Part shown: one piece after another, positions 9,236-18,085 of the stretch
Position numbering within the stretch: the first letter of the stretch is position 1
Layout: every line of letters starts with the position of its first letter
Assembly (NCBI GenBank): GCA_964520655.1
Contig: CAZFNI010000006.1
Coordinates: 14,790 to 78,789 of the forward strand
Origin: an uncultured Planctomycetales bacterium
GTDB lineage: Bacteria; Omnitrophota; Gorgyraeia; Zapsychrales; Fredricksoniimonadaceae
Direction: 5' to 3'
DNA: 64,000 bases
Made by a program: the position numbers and the translations under genes
Notes under the pieces: model-generated
Told to the model about the DNA's origin: nothing
The model's input: only the letters and a program-made list of their open reading frames with translations
The model's database searches: none

Positions 9236-9769
9236 ATGCTTTCTTCAAAGCATTATCAACAGAGTAAAGGTACGGAACAGATAGAGAACAGGATCTTTGT
9301 GCTGCGCGGCGTTAAGATCATCCTGGATAGGGACATTGCTGTGATTTATGGTGTCAAACCGATCGCGTTGCGTCAACAGGTCAAGCGTAATATGGAACGG
9401 TTTCCTGTGGATTTCATGTTCCAGCTCGATCAACAGGAGATTGATCAGTTGGTATCACAAAATGTGATACCTTCCAGAAAGAATCTGGGAGGGGCATGCC
9501 CGTATGCTTTTACGGAACAAGGGGTGGCGATGCTATCCAGCGTCCTTAAAAGTCGGCGGGCTGTCTTAGCCAACATAGAGATCATGAGGACATTCTCTAA
9601 ATTGAGGGACATGGTTGCTGTTCATAAAGAGTTAAAGTCAAAGATCGAGGATATGGAGAAAAAGTATGATCATCAATTCAGGCTCGTGTTTGATGCGATT
9701 AAACGCTTGGTGACGTATCCTGACGATGCGTATAAGAAGACAAAGATAGGATTTAAGGTGGATTATTAG
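9236..9769 (+). CDS. ORF6N-domain protein (phage/plasmid antirepressor-like N-terminal domain)
   Basis: IFVLRGVKIILDRDIAVIYGV...KRNMERFPVDFMFQL matches the ORF6N/antirepressor N-terminal signature; GGAGGG RBS. Confidence 0.55.
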   Translation: MLSSKHYQQSKGTEQIENRIFVLRGVKIILDRDIAVIYGVKPIALRQQVKRNMERFPVDFMFQLDQQEIDQLVSQNVIPSRKNLGGACPYAFTEQGVAMLSSVLKSRRAVLANIEIMRTFSKLRDMVAVHKELKSKIEDMEKKYDHQFRLVFDAIKRLVTYPDDAYKKTKIGFKVDY

Positions 9770-9792
9770 TTCTGAATTAATACGGAAAATTC

Positions 9793-10773
9793 TTGCGCCT
9801 TGGGGTATACTATTTGACTATGTTAAGCATTTCCTTTCAAAGCGCGGCCATGGCCATAGGGCAGATATTCGCCATGGGCGCCGTCGGTTTCTGGCTGGTG
9901 CGATCCGGGGCGGTCAATGACGCGGGGTTAAAGATGCTGTCGTTTATCAGCGTCAATATTGCTTTCCCGATGTTCATCTTTAACCAGATCCTGCACAATT
10001 TTGACCCCATTCAAACACCCGGCTGGTGGGCTTTTCCCTTAATCAATATCAGCCTGGCAGCGCTTGGGCTGACGGTGGCCAGTCTCGGATTTTATTTGAC
10101 CGGCCGCAAGATCCGGGATGAGGTCCTTTTGGCGTCGTCATTTCATAATGCCGGATACATCCCGTTATTGTTATCCATGACCCTGCCTTTGGGGGTTTTG
10201 GCGGGCAAGGTCTATACCGCGATCATTTTGTCCATCATTGGTTTTGACATATGTCTCTGGTCGGTCGGTCTGTGGCTGATGACCCGCGCCCAGAAGCCTA
10301 AGATCGACTTGCGCAACATGCTCAATCCGCCGCTGGTGAGCATGGCCGCCGCCGTTTCGATCGTTTTAATATGCGGGCCGCTGCACATCGATGATATTTG
10401 GCTTAAACCCGTCAAGATCATCGGCGACTCGGCCATGGCGCTCTCGATGCTCATCATCGGCGGCAATTTGGCATTGACGAAATTAACAAAGCTCCATGCC
10501 AAGGGGATGGTGGGGGCGGTGCTGCTTAAAACAATGGTGATGCCCGCGATTGCGTTAGGCGTGCTTGTCATGTTAAAATTGGACCCGGTATTAAGCTTTG
10601 TGGTGATGGTCCAGGCGTGTATGCCCACCGCGATCACGCTCTCGATCATTGGGCGCCATAACGGCACGCGTAATCAGGATTTTATCAACACGGCGGTATT
10701 TGTCACCCACCTGGTGTGTGTGTTGACGCTTCCGATATTCTTAGGGCTCTTTGGGCATTGGATGCATTCATGA
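9793..10773 (+). CDS. AEC-family (auxin efflux carrier-like) membrane transporter
   Basis: About 10 TM segments in two halves, length about 320 aa, typical of the AEC/membrane transport protein family. Confidence 0.5.
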   Translation: MRLGVYYLTMLSISFQSAAMAIGQIFAMGAVGFWLVRSGAVNDAGLKMLSFISVNIAFPMFIFNQILHNFDPIQTPGWWAFPLINISLAALGLTVASLGFYLTGRKIRDEVLLASSFHNAGYIPLLLSMTLPLGVLAGKVYTAIILSIIGFDICLWSVGLWLMTRAQKPKIDLRNMLNPPLVSMAAAVSIVLICGPLHIDDIWLKPVKIIGDSAMALSMLIIGGNLALTKLTKLHAKGMVGAVLLKTMVMPAIALGVLVMLKLDPVLSFVVMVQACMPTAITLSIIGRHNGTRNQDFINTAVFVTHLVCVLTLPIFLGLFGHWMHS

Positions 10774-11219
10774 AAGTCATTGCGACGAATAAAAAAGCGT
10801 TCCATAATTACAACCTGCACGAAAAGTTCGAATGCGGGCTGGTCCTGATCGGTCCAGAGGTCAAATCCGTACGGGCCGCCCAGGTCAGCTTTACCGACAG
10901 CTTTGCCACCGTCGATAAGGGCGAGCTTAAGCTATACAATATGCACATCAATCCTTATGAGCAGGCCAGCTATAATAACGTTGAACCGTCCAGGCCGCGC
11001 ACATTGTTGATCCACAAGAAAGAAATGGAACGGCTTAAAGGTTTGATGTCCCGGCAGGGATTGACCATTGTACCGACTAAGATCTATTTCAATGCCCGGG
11101 GTTTTGCGAAAGTGGAAGTGGCGCTTGCCTCCGGCAAGAAACAGTATGACCGGCGCGACGACATCAAGAATCGAGATGTCAAACGTGAGATCGACCGCAG
11201 GCTTAAAACACGCAAATAA
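10770..11219 (+). CDS. smpB: SsrA-binding protein
   Basis: KVIATNKKAFHNYNL...GLVLIGPEVKSVR...LLIHKKEMERL... is canonical SmpB; start trimmed to the Met at 10770 (ATGA overlap). Confidence 0.9.
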   Translation: MKVIATNKKAFHNYNLHEKFECGLVLIGPEVKSVRAAQVSFTDSFATVDKGELKLYNMHINPYEQASYNNVEPSRPRTLLIHKKEMERLKGLMSRQGLTIVPTKIYFNARGFAKVEVALASGKKQYDRRDDIKNRDVKREIDRRLKTRK

Positions 11220-12712
11220 TGGATAATCCCCGCGCTCACAATTCGGCCTTGGCCTGGCAATGGATCTCTTTTGCGGTGATCGCTTCGCTCGTGTGGCTGG
11301 TGTACGCGCCTTCCTTAATGCATGTGGCCCGCGCCGATCAGATCATGTATTTAGCGGAGGTGGGGCATAAGCATTCCCTCTGGGACCTGACGATCGGCAG
11401 TATGGACTTAAACCGTCACCGGCTATTTGGTCCGGGCGATGAGATCTTATTCCGTCCTGTTGTCTATGTATTGCTTGGTTTGGAGAAATATTTTTTCGGC
11501 AATCAATTCATGTTGTGGCAGACGGTGGGCATCGCGCTGCATTTGACTGTACTTTGGCAATTGCTGCGTTTATTGCTTCTCGTTTATACTGGTCTGCCAG
11601 CAGTCATGTTCGCGGCATTGTTCGCCCTGATGTTCGTCAATCTGGAAATGGTGACGTGGCAGCATATCAATGGGTATATGATCTTCGCTGCTGTTTCGCT
11701 CTTGGCACTGCGTAAAGTCTGGGAAGTGTTGAACGGCAAAGAGCCAACGTCGAGAGATAGTTTGGTCATATTCTTGCTGCTGCTGTTGGCTGGTTTGACC
11801 CATGAGATGGGCAATGTGGTGGCGCTGGTATTAGGCACAGTAGTGTTCTTTTATAAGCCGCAGCACAGGTTGTTTTACCGCAGCCTTTTACTTGTTCCGG
11901 CGGTTTATCTGCTGGCAAGTTTACTCAATGCCTGGTCGCATCCATTTACCACAACAATGTATCATCAGCATCAGATCGCACAGATCTTAAGCAATGGCGT
12001 CTATGCCCTGGGGGCGTGGACCTATGTCGGGCTTTTTCCTTTTGATTTTCAGTGGCTGTTCGCTGCGCGTAATATGATCGCCCCGGAAGAAATACATTTG
12101 ATCAAATGGCCGCATGTGCAAGATCCTGCGGCGCTATTAGCTATTGCGGCTGTTGTTCTGCTGGTCGTATTTTCCTGCCGCCGCAGATCACCGGGAGGGC
12201 ATCAGCCCATGATCATCACGGCGATCTGCTTTGTTTTATCTGTTATCTTTGCCCTGATCATTGCTGTCGGTCGGGGGAGCCAGTGGCATATCTGGGAGGT
12301 GATCCGGATCAATACCTACTATATGTATATTTTCTGGCTTTTCATCTGCGTGGGGGTTTTTACGCTGGTGCCCTGGAATAATATAGGCCGTTTAGCAAAG
12401 ATCGTATTCTGCACGGTGCTGGCGGGGCTGATCTTGCTCAATGCTCAAAGGCTTTACGCGGTCAATGACAAGCAGGTGCGGGATAATAATGACATCATTG
12501 TGCTTGTCAATACATTGGAAATGTTCACAGATAAGCATAAGGGACAGCCGGGTTTTTCATTTTATGTTGATCCGAAATACCCCGGCAATTATGTGTATTC
12601 CGAGTTAAGACGTTTCGATGACCCTAAGACCCGTCAGTACAATCTTATTGAGGTGCTCTACCCAGAGCATTACACGGACAAAGATCCGCAATACAAGTTC
12701 CTGGTAAAGTAG
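11219..12712 (+). CDS. polytopic membrane protein (GT-C-like glycosyltransferase fold suspected)
   Basis: 497 aa, more than 10 TM helices, soluble C-terminal segment; architecture resembles the ArnT/PMT-type proteins elsewhere in the window. Confidence 0.4.
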   Translation: MDNPRAHNSALAWQWISFAVIASLVWLVYAPSLMHVARADQIMYLAEVGHKHSLWDLTIGSMDLNRHRLFGPGDEILFRPVVYVLLGLEKYFFGNQFMLWQTVGIALHLTVLWQLLRLLLLVYTGLPAVMFAALFALMFVNLEMVTWQHINGYMIFAAVSLLALRKVWEVLNGKEPTSRDSLVIFLLLLLAGLTHEMGNVVALVLGTVVFFYKPQHRLFYRSLLLVPAVYLLASLLNAWSHPFTTTMYHQHQIAQILSNGVYALGAWTYVGLFPFDFQWLFAARNMIAPEEIHLIKWPHVQDPAALLAIAAVVLLVVFSCRRRSPGGHQPMIITAICFVLSVIFALIIAVGRGSQWHIWEVIRINTYYMYIFWLFICVGVFTLVPWNNIGRLAKIVFCTVLAGLILLNAQRLYAVNDKQVRDNNDIIVLVNTLEMFTDKHKGQPGFSFYVDPKYPGNYVYSELRRFDDPKTRQYNLIEVLYPEHYTDKDPQYKFLVK

Positions 12713-13493
12713 AAGGTCTTTTATCGCTGGCCCGTCTGATCGACGCATTCTCCTGCCAGAAGAAATCCACGGTTTTAGAGTGATACATATCGCTGCGCTT
12801 AAAGACTTTAAAGGGCAGGGACATATCCATGACGCCACGACACAAACTGTCGTATTCTTCGTCGGGGATAGCAAGCGTTGCGGCGTTGATAGACCCGCCG
12901 CGTCCCTCGGGGATGAATTTATACAAATGCCACGCATGGATGAACGGCGCGCTGCTGTTAAAGGTCTTGATGAAAGAAGATAAGTTAAGCAGACCATTTT
13001 GATTGATCTTAGTGATGATCGTCGATAGGGTGACGCTTTTGCCGGCCGCGCGCAGGTCTTTTAGCCGTCCGATGATGATCTGGTGATGCGTGTTCTTATA
13101 AGAACGCATGGCATTGTGAGTCTTCGCGTCAGCGGATTCAATGGGCAGGACATAGCGGTCAATGCTTGAGATCGTTGTGTAGCCAGGCGGCATGGCAATG
13201 CCGTTGGTGCCTGCTTGAACGAAGAGTCCGAGTTCTTTGGCTTTTTCTGTTAAGGGTATTAGGCCGTTCGGCCAGGTGAAAGGTTCTCCGCCGCCAAAAA
13301 CGATATTGGAAACCCCTTCTGTTTTTAAGGTTTTCAATAGTTCGACGGCAGCCGCAAAGGACATGACATCAAAATGATCCTCCGTGATGCAAAATGAACA
13401 GCTCATGTTGCATGCCGGCTGCAAGAATATGACAGCGACCTTAGGCGAAGAGAAGGAAGCCATTGGCGATAAAGAAAATTGAGATGGCGCCAA
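12645..13493 (-). CDS. radical SAM domain protein
   Basis: CNMSCSFC (CxxxCxxC) near the N-terminus and a GGGEP motif; about 280 aa. Confidence 0.6.
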   Translation of the reverse strand: MAPSQFSLSPMASFSSPKVAVIFLQPACNMSCSFCITEDHFDVMSFAAAVELLKTLKTEGVSNIVFGGGEPFTWPNGLIPLTEKAKELGLFVQAGTNGIAMPPGYTTISSIDRYVLPIESADAKTHNAMRSYKNTHHQIIIGRLKDLRAAGKSVTLSTIITKINQNGLLNLSSFIKTFNSSAPFIHAWHLYKFIPEGRGGSINAATLAIPDEEYDSLCRGVMDMSLPFKVFKRSDMYHSKTVDFFWQENASIRRASDKRPSTLPGTCIADLCPCNALGRAPQ

Positions 13494-13974
13494 TGATAAG
13501 CCCCACGATCCACATATCCCTGCGTTTTAGCAGCGCTCCCACGGAAGAGAGCATGATGCCGATCTGCGCAAAGACAACCGAGAGCGAGAATTGGCTTCCC
13601 CGGCGAACAACCAGAGTGTTTTCTTTGTTGGTGTCTTCGGCCTGTTTTTTGATCTGCGCTTTTTCCGTATCGTAGCGGGTGATGTTAGCTGATGCCTCCG
13701 CAATGTCTTTGGTGAAGGCGGCGCGCTGCTCAGGGGAAGTTGAACCTAGGAGCTGTATTTCAAACGATTTTTTCTGCATCTCCATCAGGTTCTGTTTGAT
13801 GCTTTTCGCCTGGAAATACGACCATTGGCTGCCTTCCTGGGCGGTCAACAGCTGCGCCTTCGCGATGAAGTAAGCGGAACGGGAAGAGCCGATGGCCGCG
13901 ACGACGGCCAATACGGTGGTTGTGATCGCGATGCCCTGCATCCATTTTTCTTTGATGATCGGTTGGTCGGCCAT
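13441..13974 (-). CDS. DUF4337-like membrane protein
   Basis: N- and C-terminal TM helices flanking a coiled-coil region; 177 aa. Confidence 0.4.
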   Translation of the reverse strand: MADQPIIKEKWMQGIAITTTVLAVVAAIGSSRSAYFIAKAQLLTAQEGSQWSYFQAKSIKQNLMEMQKKSFEIQLLGSTSPEQRAAFTKDIAEASANITRYDTEKAQIKKQAEDTNKENTLVVRRGSQFSLSVVFAQIGIMLSSVGALLKRRDMWIVGLIIGAISIFFIANGFLLFA

Positions 13975-14038
13975 AAGAAGTCCTTGTTAATGGGTTATGA
14001 TGATGCATTATTATATAGAACCTCGCGGTTAAATGCAA

Positions 14039-14067
14039 TTTGCTTAAAAACGTATTTTCCTTTATAC
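14039..14067 (+). promoter_or_regulatory. candidate ssrA promoter TTGCTT-N17-TATACT
   Basis: -35 at 14039-14044, 17-nt spacer, -10 at 14062-14067, about 35 nt upstream of the mature tmRNA 5' end (precursor processing expected). Confidence 0.4.
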
Positions 14068-14103
14068 TTTAACCCGTCAGCTCAGTATTGTTCTTTTCTA
14101 TAT

Positions 14104-14511
14104 GGGGGTGATTGGTCTCGACTTGTTTAGCTCGAGGTTAGATGGCATGCCGGGGAAGCTTGGTCGGCCCCGATACCAATCCAAGCACAAATTACACGCT
14201 AACAACACGTTAACGTTCGACGGTGTTATGGCGGAATTCGCGAAAAGCGAAGCTCCGGCAGAAGCCGTTGCTGTCTAAGCTCAAGTAGCTTAGCCTGTTT
14301 ACCTAGAACGCCTGCTACTGGGATAAACAGCCGAAAGCAGGCTGCTCCAAATGGATGCTCTTAACGTTTGGCTAAGACTTCATAGGGCTGGCTTTATGTT
14401 GCTCCTGTCTGCTGGAAGACATAAAGCGATGATCATGTAAACAGACTACGCATGTAGATGTCTCTCCTTAGAAACTCAAGGACCCGGGTTCGATCCCCGG
14501 CACCTCCACCA
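14104..14511 (+). ncRNA. ssrA: tmRNA (SsrA), one-piece, with encoded CCA
   Basis: 5' GGGGGTGATTGGTCTCGAC... and 3' ...GGACCCGGGTTCGATCCCCGGCACCTCCACCA. The acceptor stem GGGGGTG/CACCTCC pairs with one G-U, and there is a tRNA-like T arm. A candidate tag ORF AEFAKSEAPAEAVAV-stop lies at about 14232-14279. Confidence 0.9.
14490..14511 (+). repeat. attL-like copy of a direct repeat (the 3' end of ssrA)
   Basis: tcgatccccggcacctccacca; repeated with one mismatch at 18208-18229. Confidence 0.75.
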
Positions 14512-14542
14512 GCCTACGCTGTCAGAATTAAAATAGCGGAGG

Positions 14543-14582
14543 CTGTCCGCCGAAGCTCCAAAGGAGCGAAGGCGGACACAGC
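14543..14582 (+). terminator. imperfect stem-loop downstream of ssrA (GCTGTCCGCC...GGCGGACACAGC)
   Basis: About 10-bp stem with one bulge and an 18-nt loop; no U-tract, so factor-independent termination is uncertain. Confidence 0.25.
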
Positions 14583-14655
14583 TACGGCTGGCTACGCCAG
14601 TCCGCCGGAGCTTGCTGCAATCAAGCGTAGGAGGACTAATCTTACCCAAAATCTT

Positions 14656-14895
14656 ATGCACTACGTCTACCGCCTACAATCCATTGAACACCCCGAGCAG
14701 AAATATACCGGTTTCACATCTGACATCACCAAGCGCCTTGAATATCACAACAATGGTCAATCATCCCACACGTCAAAATATAAGCCCTGGAAATTGATAA
14801 ATTATTTTGCTTTTGACGATCAACAGAAGGCAATGGCTTTCGAAATGTATCTCAAGTCCGGTTCAGGAAGAGCATTTACGCAGAAACATTTTTAA
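14656..14895 (+). CDS. GIY-YIG nuclease family protein (80 aa)
   Basis: HYVYRLQS...YTGFTSDITKRLEYHNNG matches the GIY-(x10)-YIG...R...E...N motif. Start trimmed from the track ORF 14458 because its upstream part overlaps the tmRNA. Confidence 0.7.
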   Translation: MHYVYRLQSIEHPEQKYTGFTSDITKRLEYHNNGQSSHTSKYKPWKLINYFAFDDQQKAMAFEMYLKSGSGRAFTQKHF

Positions 14896-15026
14896 AATAC
14901 AGAGATTGTTTCAGATCCTTCCCAAAAGGCAGGTTGTAATAATGATAGTTTTTGTAGCACTAAAGACAGTTGATGAAGAGTGTAGTGTGCTACATTGAGC
15001 AGAGGGCAGAGGTTTCTTAATAAATA

Positions 15027-15052
15027 AAATAGGGCGCTGTCCCCTATTTTAT
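15027..15052 (+). terminator. rho-independent terminator (AAATAGGG-cgctgtc-CCCTATTT plus T-run)
   Basis: 8-bp stem, 7-nt loop, followed by a TTTAT tract. Confidence 0.5.
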
Positions 15053-15105
15053 TCATATTTTGTTTTCAAATCGTGAGTATTAAATCATAAATAGAGGCAT
15101 AGAAT

Positions 15106-15390
15106 ATGAATGAGAATTATGATCGGCATGATTTTTTAAGGATTGCTATACCGGGGTACATTTTTCTTCTGGTTTTATGGACGTATTGGGTAATTCTAAA
15201 TAATAATATTAAATTTGATGATCCTAAGTCACTTATTGGGGTATTGGCAGCCGGATTTCCTATTGGATTTATTATTCAAGGCATATATCAAGCTTGGCAC
15301 ATTAAATTAGGAGACTTAGATTCACTAGATGGTTGGGAAGGGGAATGTTTAGTAAAGGCGTTAAAGGCAAAAATGAGGAAGGGCTTTTAA
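15106..15390 (+). CDS. island hypothetical membrane protein
   Basis: AT-rich ORF with 2 TM helices; its 3' end overlaps the next ORF in another frame just upstream of an A8 run. Confidence 0.3.
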   Translation: MNENYDRHDFLRIAIPGYIFLLVLWTYWVILNNNIKFDDPKSLIGVLAAGFPIGFIIQGIYQAWHIKLGDLDSLDGWEGECLVKALKAKMRKGF

Positions 15391-15803
15391 AAAAAATTTG
15401 TGCTCCTAAATTTGGTATTCCTGAGTTTAGAAAGATTTCGTGGAGCCTAGAGACATTTTTATTCTTGAAAGAAGAAGAAGAGTATCGAAAGCGGAGTCAT
15501 GAATTAGTTTCTAGAATCCATTCCTTCGGAGCAGCGTGCTGTGCTGTTTTAATTGCGGTTTTGATTAGTCTTTTCGTGGTCTCGAGTTGCTACGATCACT
15601 GTCTTTGTTGTCTGGTTAGCTGCACTGTTGGGCTTAATATATTAGTAGATACTTTTTTCTGGGGGGTAGTTGTGTGGTGTTTTATAATAGGAAGGAATCA
15701 TACAAAAGAAGTTTTTCGTTTAATGTTCTGGAATTTTATTCAAATAAAATCAGATAAATTTATTAAATATATTAAGAAAGATGAAAACAATAGTTGCGCC
15801 TAA
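15333..15803 (+). CDS. island hypothetical membrane protein (possibly the 3' part of the same gene as 15106)
   Basis: Cys-rich TM protein; the stop codon lies inside repeat R1. Confidence 0.3.
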   Translation: MGRGMFSKGVKGKNEEGLLKKICAPKFGIPEFRKISWSLETFLFLKEEEEYRKRSHELVSRIHSFGAACCAVLIAVLISLFVVSSCYDHCLCCLVSCTVGLNILVDTFFWGVVVWCFIIGRNHTKEVFRLMFWNFIQIKSDKFIKYIKKDENNSCA

Positions 15804-15834
15804 ACGGTGCCCATCTAAAGTGAAAAATTATAAT
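15796..15834 (+). repeat. island internal direct repeat R1 (gcgcctaaacggtgcccatctaaagtgaaaaattataat)
   Basis: Copy 1 of 3; overlaps the stop codon of the upstream ORF and ends 5 nt before the next ORF. Confidence 0.7.
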
Positions 15835-15839
15835 TTCAT

Positions 15840-16193
15840 ATGATTAATGGGATTGGCAAGAAACATTTTGGTGAGAGTAATTATATTCTTGATGAACGCT
15901 CTAATGATGAAGAGTTTGACACGACTCAATGGTTCGTATTCTTATGGCTGCCTATATTTCCTTTAAAATCTTATAGAATCAGGCAAAAGTATTGGTCTAT
16001 TCGTCGTCAATCTGATGCTTGTATTTCTATGCATAATGGTGGTTTAGAATTAAGGTATGACAATACTTTTATTATTATTAAAGAATATAAATTGAATTGG
16101 AAGCGGGCAATAAAAACTTATTTCTTTGTACATGGAACAATCTTATTGCTTTTTGTTGTTTTTGGTTATGTCATGCCGAATTTTGTTAAATAG
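15840..16193 (+). CDS. island hypothetical protein (C-terminal TM)
   Basis: AT-rich ORF, 117 aa. Confidence 0.3.
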   Translation: MINGIGKKHFGESNYILDERSNDEEFDTTQWFVFLWLPIFPLKSYRIRQKYWSIRRQSDACISMHNGGLELRYDNTFIIIKEYKLNWKRAIKTYFFVHGTILLLFVVFGYVMPNFVK

Positions 16194-16261
16194 ATTGAAT
16201 ATTCTTTTATTATTTAATGCTAGTGCCTTAAAGTAATAGATTAATCTATTATTAGACTATT

Positions 16262-16573
16262 ATGATTAAACTAAGTAGCAGAACTTTAAAATTAATTAAA
16301 ATTTTTTACGAATTTGAAGAAGAACAAGAAGAAGTAATTTCAGTATTAGAAAATCAATGTGCTGATAATCTGCCATTTTGTGAGAATGGAACTCCATTAT
16401 CGATGGAAAGAATCAGATTTTCAGTATTAAGGCTTGATAAAGAACATGGGGAATTTAATCAATGGGTAAAATTGGCTAATATAGATTGGCGGGATTTATT
16501 TATTGCTGCTGGATTTGGTGATACAGATGCGCACTTAGATTGGGCCAACAAGTTAATAGAACAAAGAACTTGA
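16262..16573 (+). CDS. island hypothetical acidic protein
   Basis: AT-rich ORF, 103 aa; followed by repeat R2. Confidence 0.3.
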   Translation: MIKLSSRTLKLIKIFYEFEEEQEEVISVLENQCADNLPFCENGTPLSMERIRFSVLRLDKEHGEFNQWVKLANIDWRDLFIAAGFGDTDAHLDWANKLIEQRT

Positions 16574-16579
16574 TTAGTT

Positions 16580-16618
16580 CCTAAAAGGCGCCCATTTAAA
16601 GCAAAGAATTTTTATAAT
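16580..16618 (+). repeat. island internal direct repeat R2 (cctaaaaggcgcccatttaaagcaaagaatttttataat)
   Basis: Copy 2 of 3, immediately after the stop codon of ORF 16262-16573. Confidence 0.7.
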
Positions 16619-16672
16619 GTTGTAAGAGTAAAGGTCTACTAAAGTGTTTATCGATAGGAAACAGGCTCGTAC

Positions 16673-17068
16673 ATGAGAAAATTAACTTGCTATGTTCTAA
16701 CCTTGACGCTTTGTATAGTTTTTAATAGTTGTTCAACAATGGAGAGTATAAAAAAGAATTACCAATCAGTTAATTACTCGGACGGCATAGATGTGAGTGA
16801 AGCAAAATTCATTGCTCAGAGTTTTGCAATTAAACAAGATTGGAAGCAATGCTACAATATTAGTCATCCAACGGCTCAAACAATGAATACAGTACGCTCA
16901 AACGGCCATAAAATATGGCAAGTAACTTTTTCTGCAACATATTCTGAGAATATAAAACAAGCGAGTCTTTTCGGATTATTAGGTTTATATAGGGGCGGTG
17001 CCAATGTAGGCATTGATAAGCAAACTGGCAAAGTGGTAGAGGTATTCTTAACAACTTTCGATTTATAA
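16673..17068 (+). CDS. island hypothetical lipoprotein
   Basis: Signal peptide with a lipobox-like LCIVFNSC; 131 aa. Confidence 0.35.
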   Translation: MRKLTCYVLTLTLCIVFNSCSTMESIKKNYQSVNYSDGIDVSEAKFIAQSFAIKQDWKQCYNISHPTAQTMNTVRSNGHKIWQVTFSATYSENIKQASLFGLLGLYRGGANVGIDKQTGKVVEVFLTTFDL

Positions 17069-17118
17069 TAGTTTATTGGTGTACAAATGTTTTATATCCA
17101 AGGTAAAAAATTGTAATT

Positions 17119-17469
17119 ATGGTTATATTAAAGAAATTAGCTAAGGTCTTTCTCTATTTTTTTATAATATTTGTTTCTATTTGTAAACTTTTCGAATCAG
17201 GTTTGATTGATTTTTCATATAAGGATGGACTTGAGGAGTATAAAAAGGGCTCATACAAAAGAACAATAGATTTCTGTGATAAATCTCTTCGTTTTATGCC
17301 TCGAAATCCGAAAGTATATTATCTTAAGGCGTTGGCATATTATCAAATGAATGATTTTGATGGCGCATTAGGGACATTAGATAGGTTGTTTATTTATGAT
17401 CCTACTAGCAAACAAGCGATAGAATTACGGGATGATATATATCGATTGAAAGGAATCAAAATCAAATAA
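17119..17469 (+). CDS. island small TPR-like protein
   Basis: TPR-like repeat YYLKALAYYQMNDFDGALGTLDRL; N-terminal TM. Confidence 0.35.
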   Translation: MVILKKLAKVFLYFFIIFVSICKLFESGLIDFSYKDGLEEYKKGSYKRTIDFCDKSLRFMPRNPKVYYLKALAYYQMNDFDGALGTLDRLFIYDPTSKQAIELRDDIYRLKGIKIK

Positions 17470-17545
17470 AGTTTTTATGTCTAAAAATGGCGCCAAAAAG
17501 GAGGTTAAAGTTTTCAGCAACGCAACCATATAAAGCCCCCAAAAT

Positions 17546-18085
17546 ATGTCCGAGCAAAAGCCAAAAATTCATAAATTTATTCAATTTTTATTATTATTTC
17601 TTATTCCCAATGTTCAAACTTTTGGTTTAAAGATTATTATTGTTATTGGTGTAGGATTAGCGCACGCAATTAATGTTAATAACGGTGTGTTAATTGGCGT
17701 ATTGATAATGTTGTCGGCAGCAACGTTGTCTTTTGTTTTTGGTATTTTGTTGTATGGCTTGATCGATTTACCAATATTGTTAACTGCAATTGTTTATTGT
17801 TTTGTTCTTCATTTACCTATGCTCTATGCTTCAATTTTGAGTAAAAATTTTAATTTTTTGCTGATATTGGCACAAATAGCCACTTTGCTCATAAGTATAA
17901 TGTTAGTCCGTTTTGGTATTTTATATGCTCAAAAAGTAAGATCAAAAGAACCGGATGGTGGAGAATTAAAATTGGTGATTCCAGAAGCAGTAGTAATAAC
18001 AGGATTGATTCTATTTTGGTTTTTAATTCTGATTATATTTAAGTTATTGGAAATGGTTTTTAGTGCCCAAACGGTGCCCATTTAA
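17546..18085 (+). CDS. island hypothetical polytopic membrane protein
   Basis: 5-6 TM helices; the last 7 codons and the stop are encoded by repeat R3. Confidence 0.35.
   Translation: MSEQKPKIHKFIQFLLLFLIPNVQTFGLKIIIVIGVGLAHAINVNNGVLIGVLIMLSAATLSFVFGILLYGLIDLPILLTAIVYCFVLHLPMLYASILSKNFNFLLILAQIATLLISIMLVRFGILYAQKVRSKEPDGGELKLVIPEAVVITGLILFWFLILIIFKLLEMVFSAQTVPI

Noticed and set aside
14458-14655. N-terminal 66 codons of track ORF 14458-14895
   Set aside because: They overlap the 3' end and terminator hairpin of the tmRNA. The recognisable GIY-YIG domain begins at the internal Met (14656), so the upstream extension is treated as non-coding.
17119-17469. Interpreting the island TPR ORF together with the chromosomal TPR-membrane proteins as one family
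   Set aside because: The island ORF is only 116 aa with a single TM and different composition. Similarity is limited to the generic TPR pattern.
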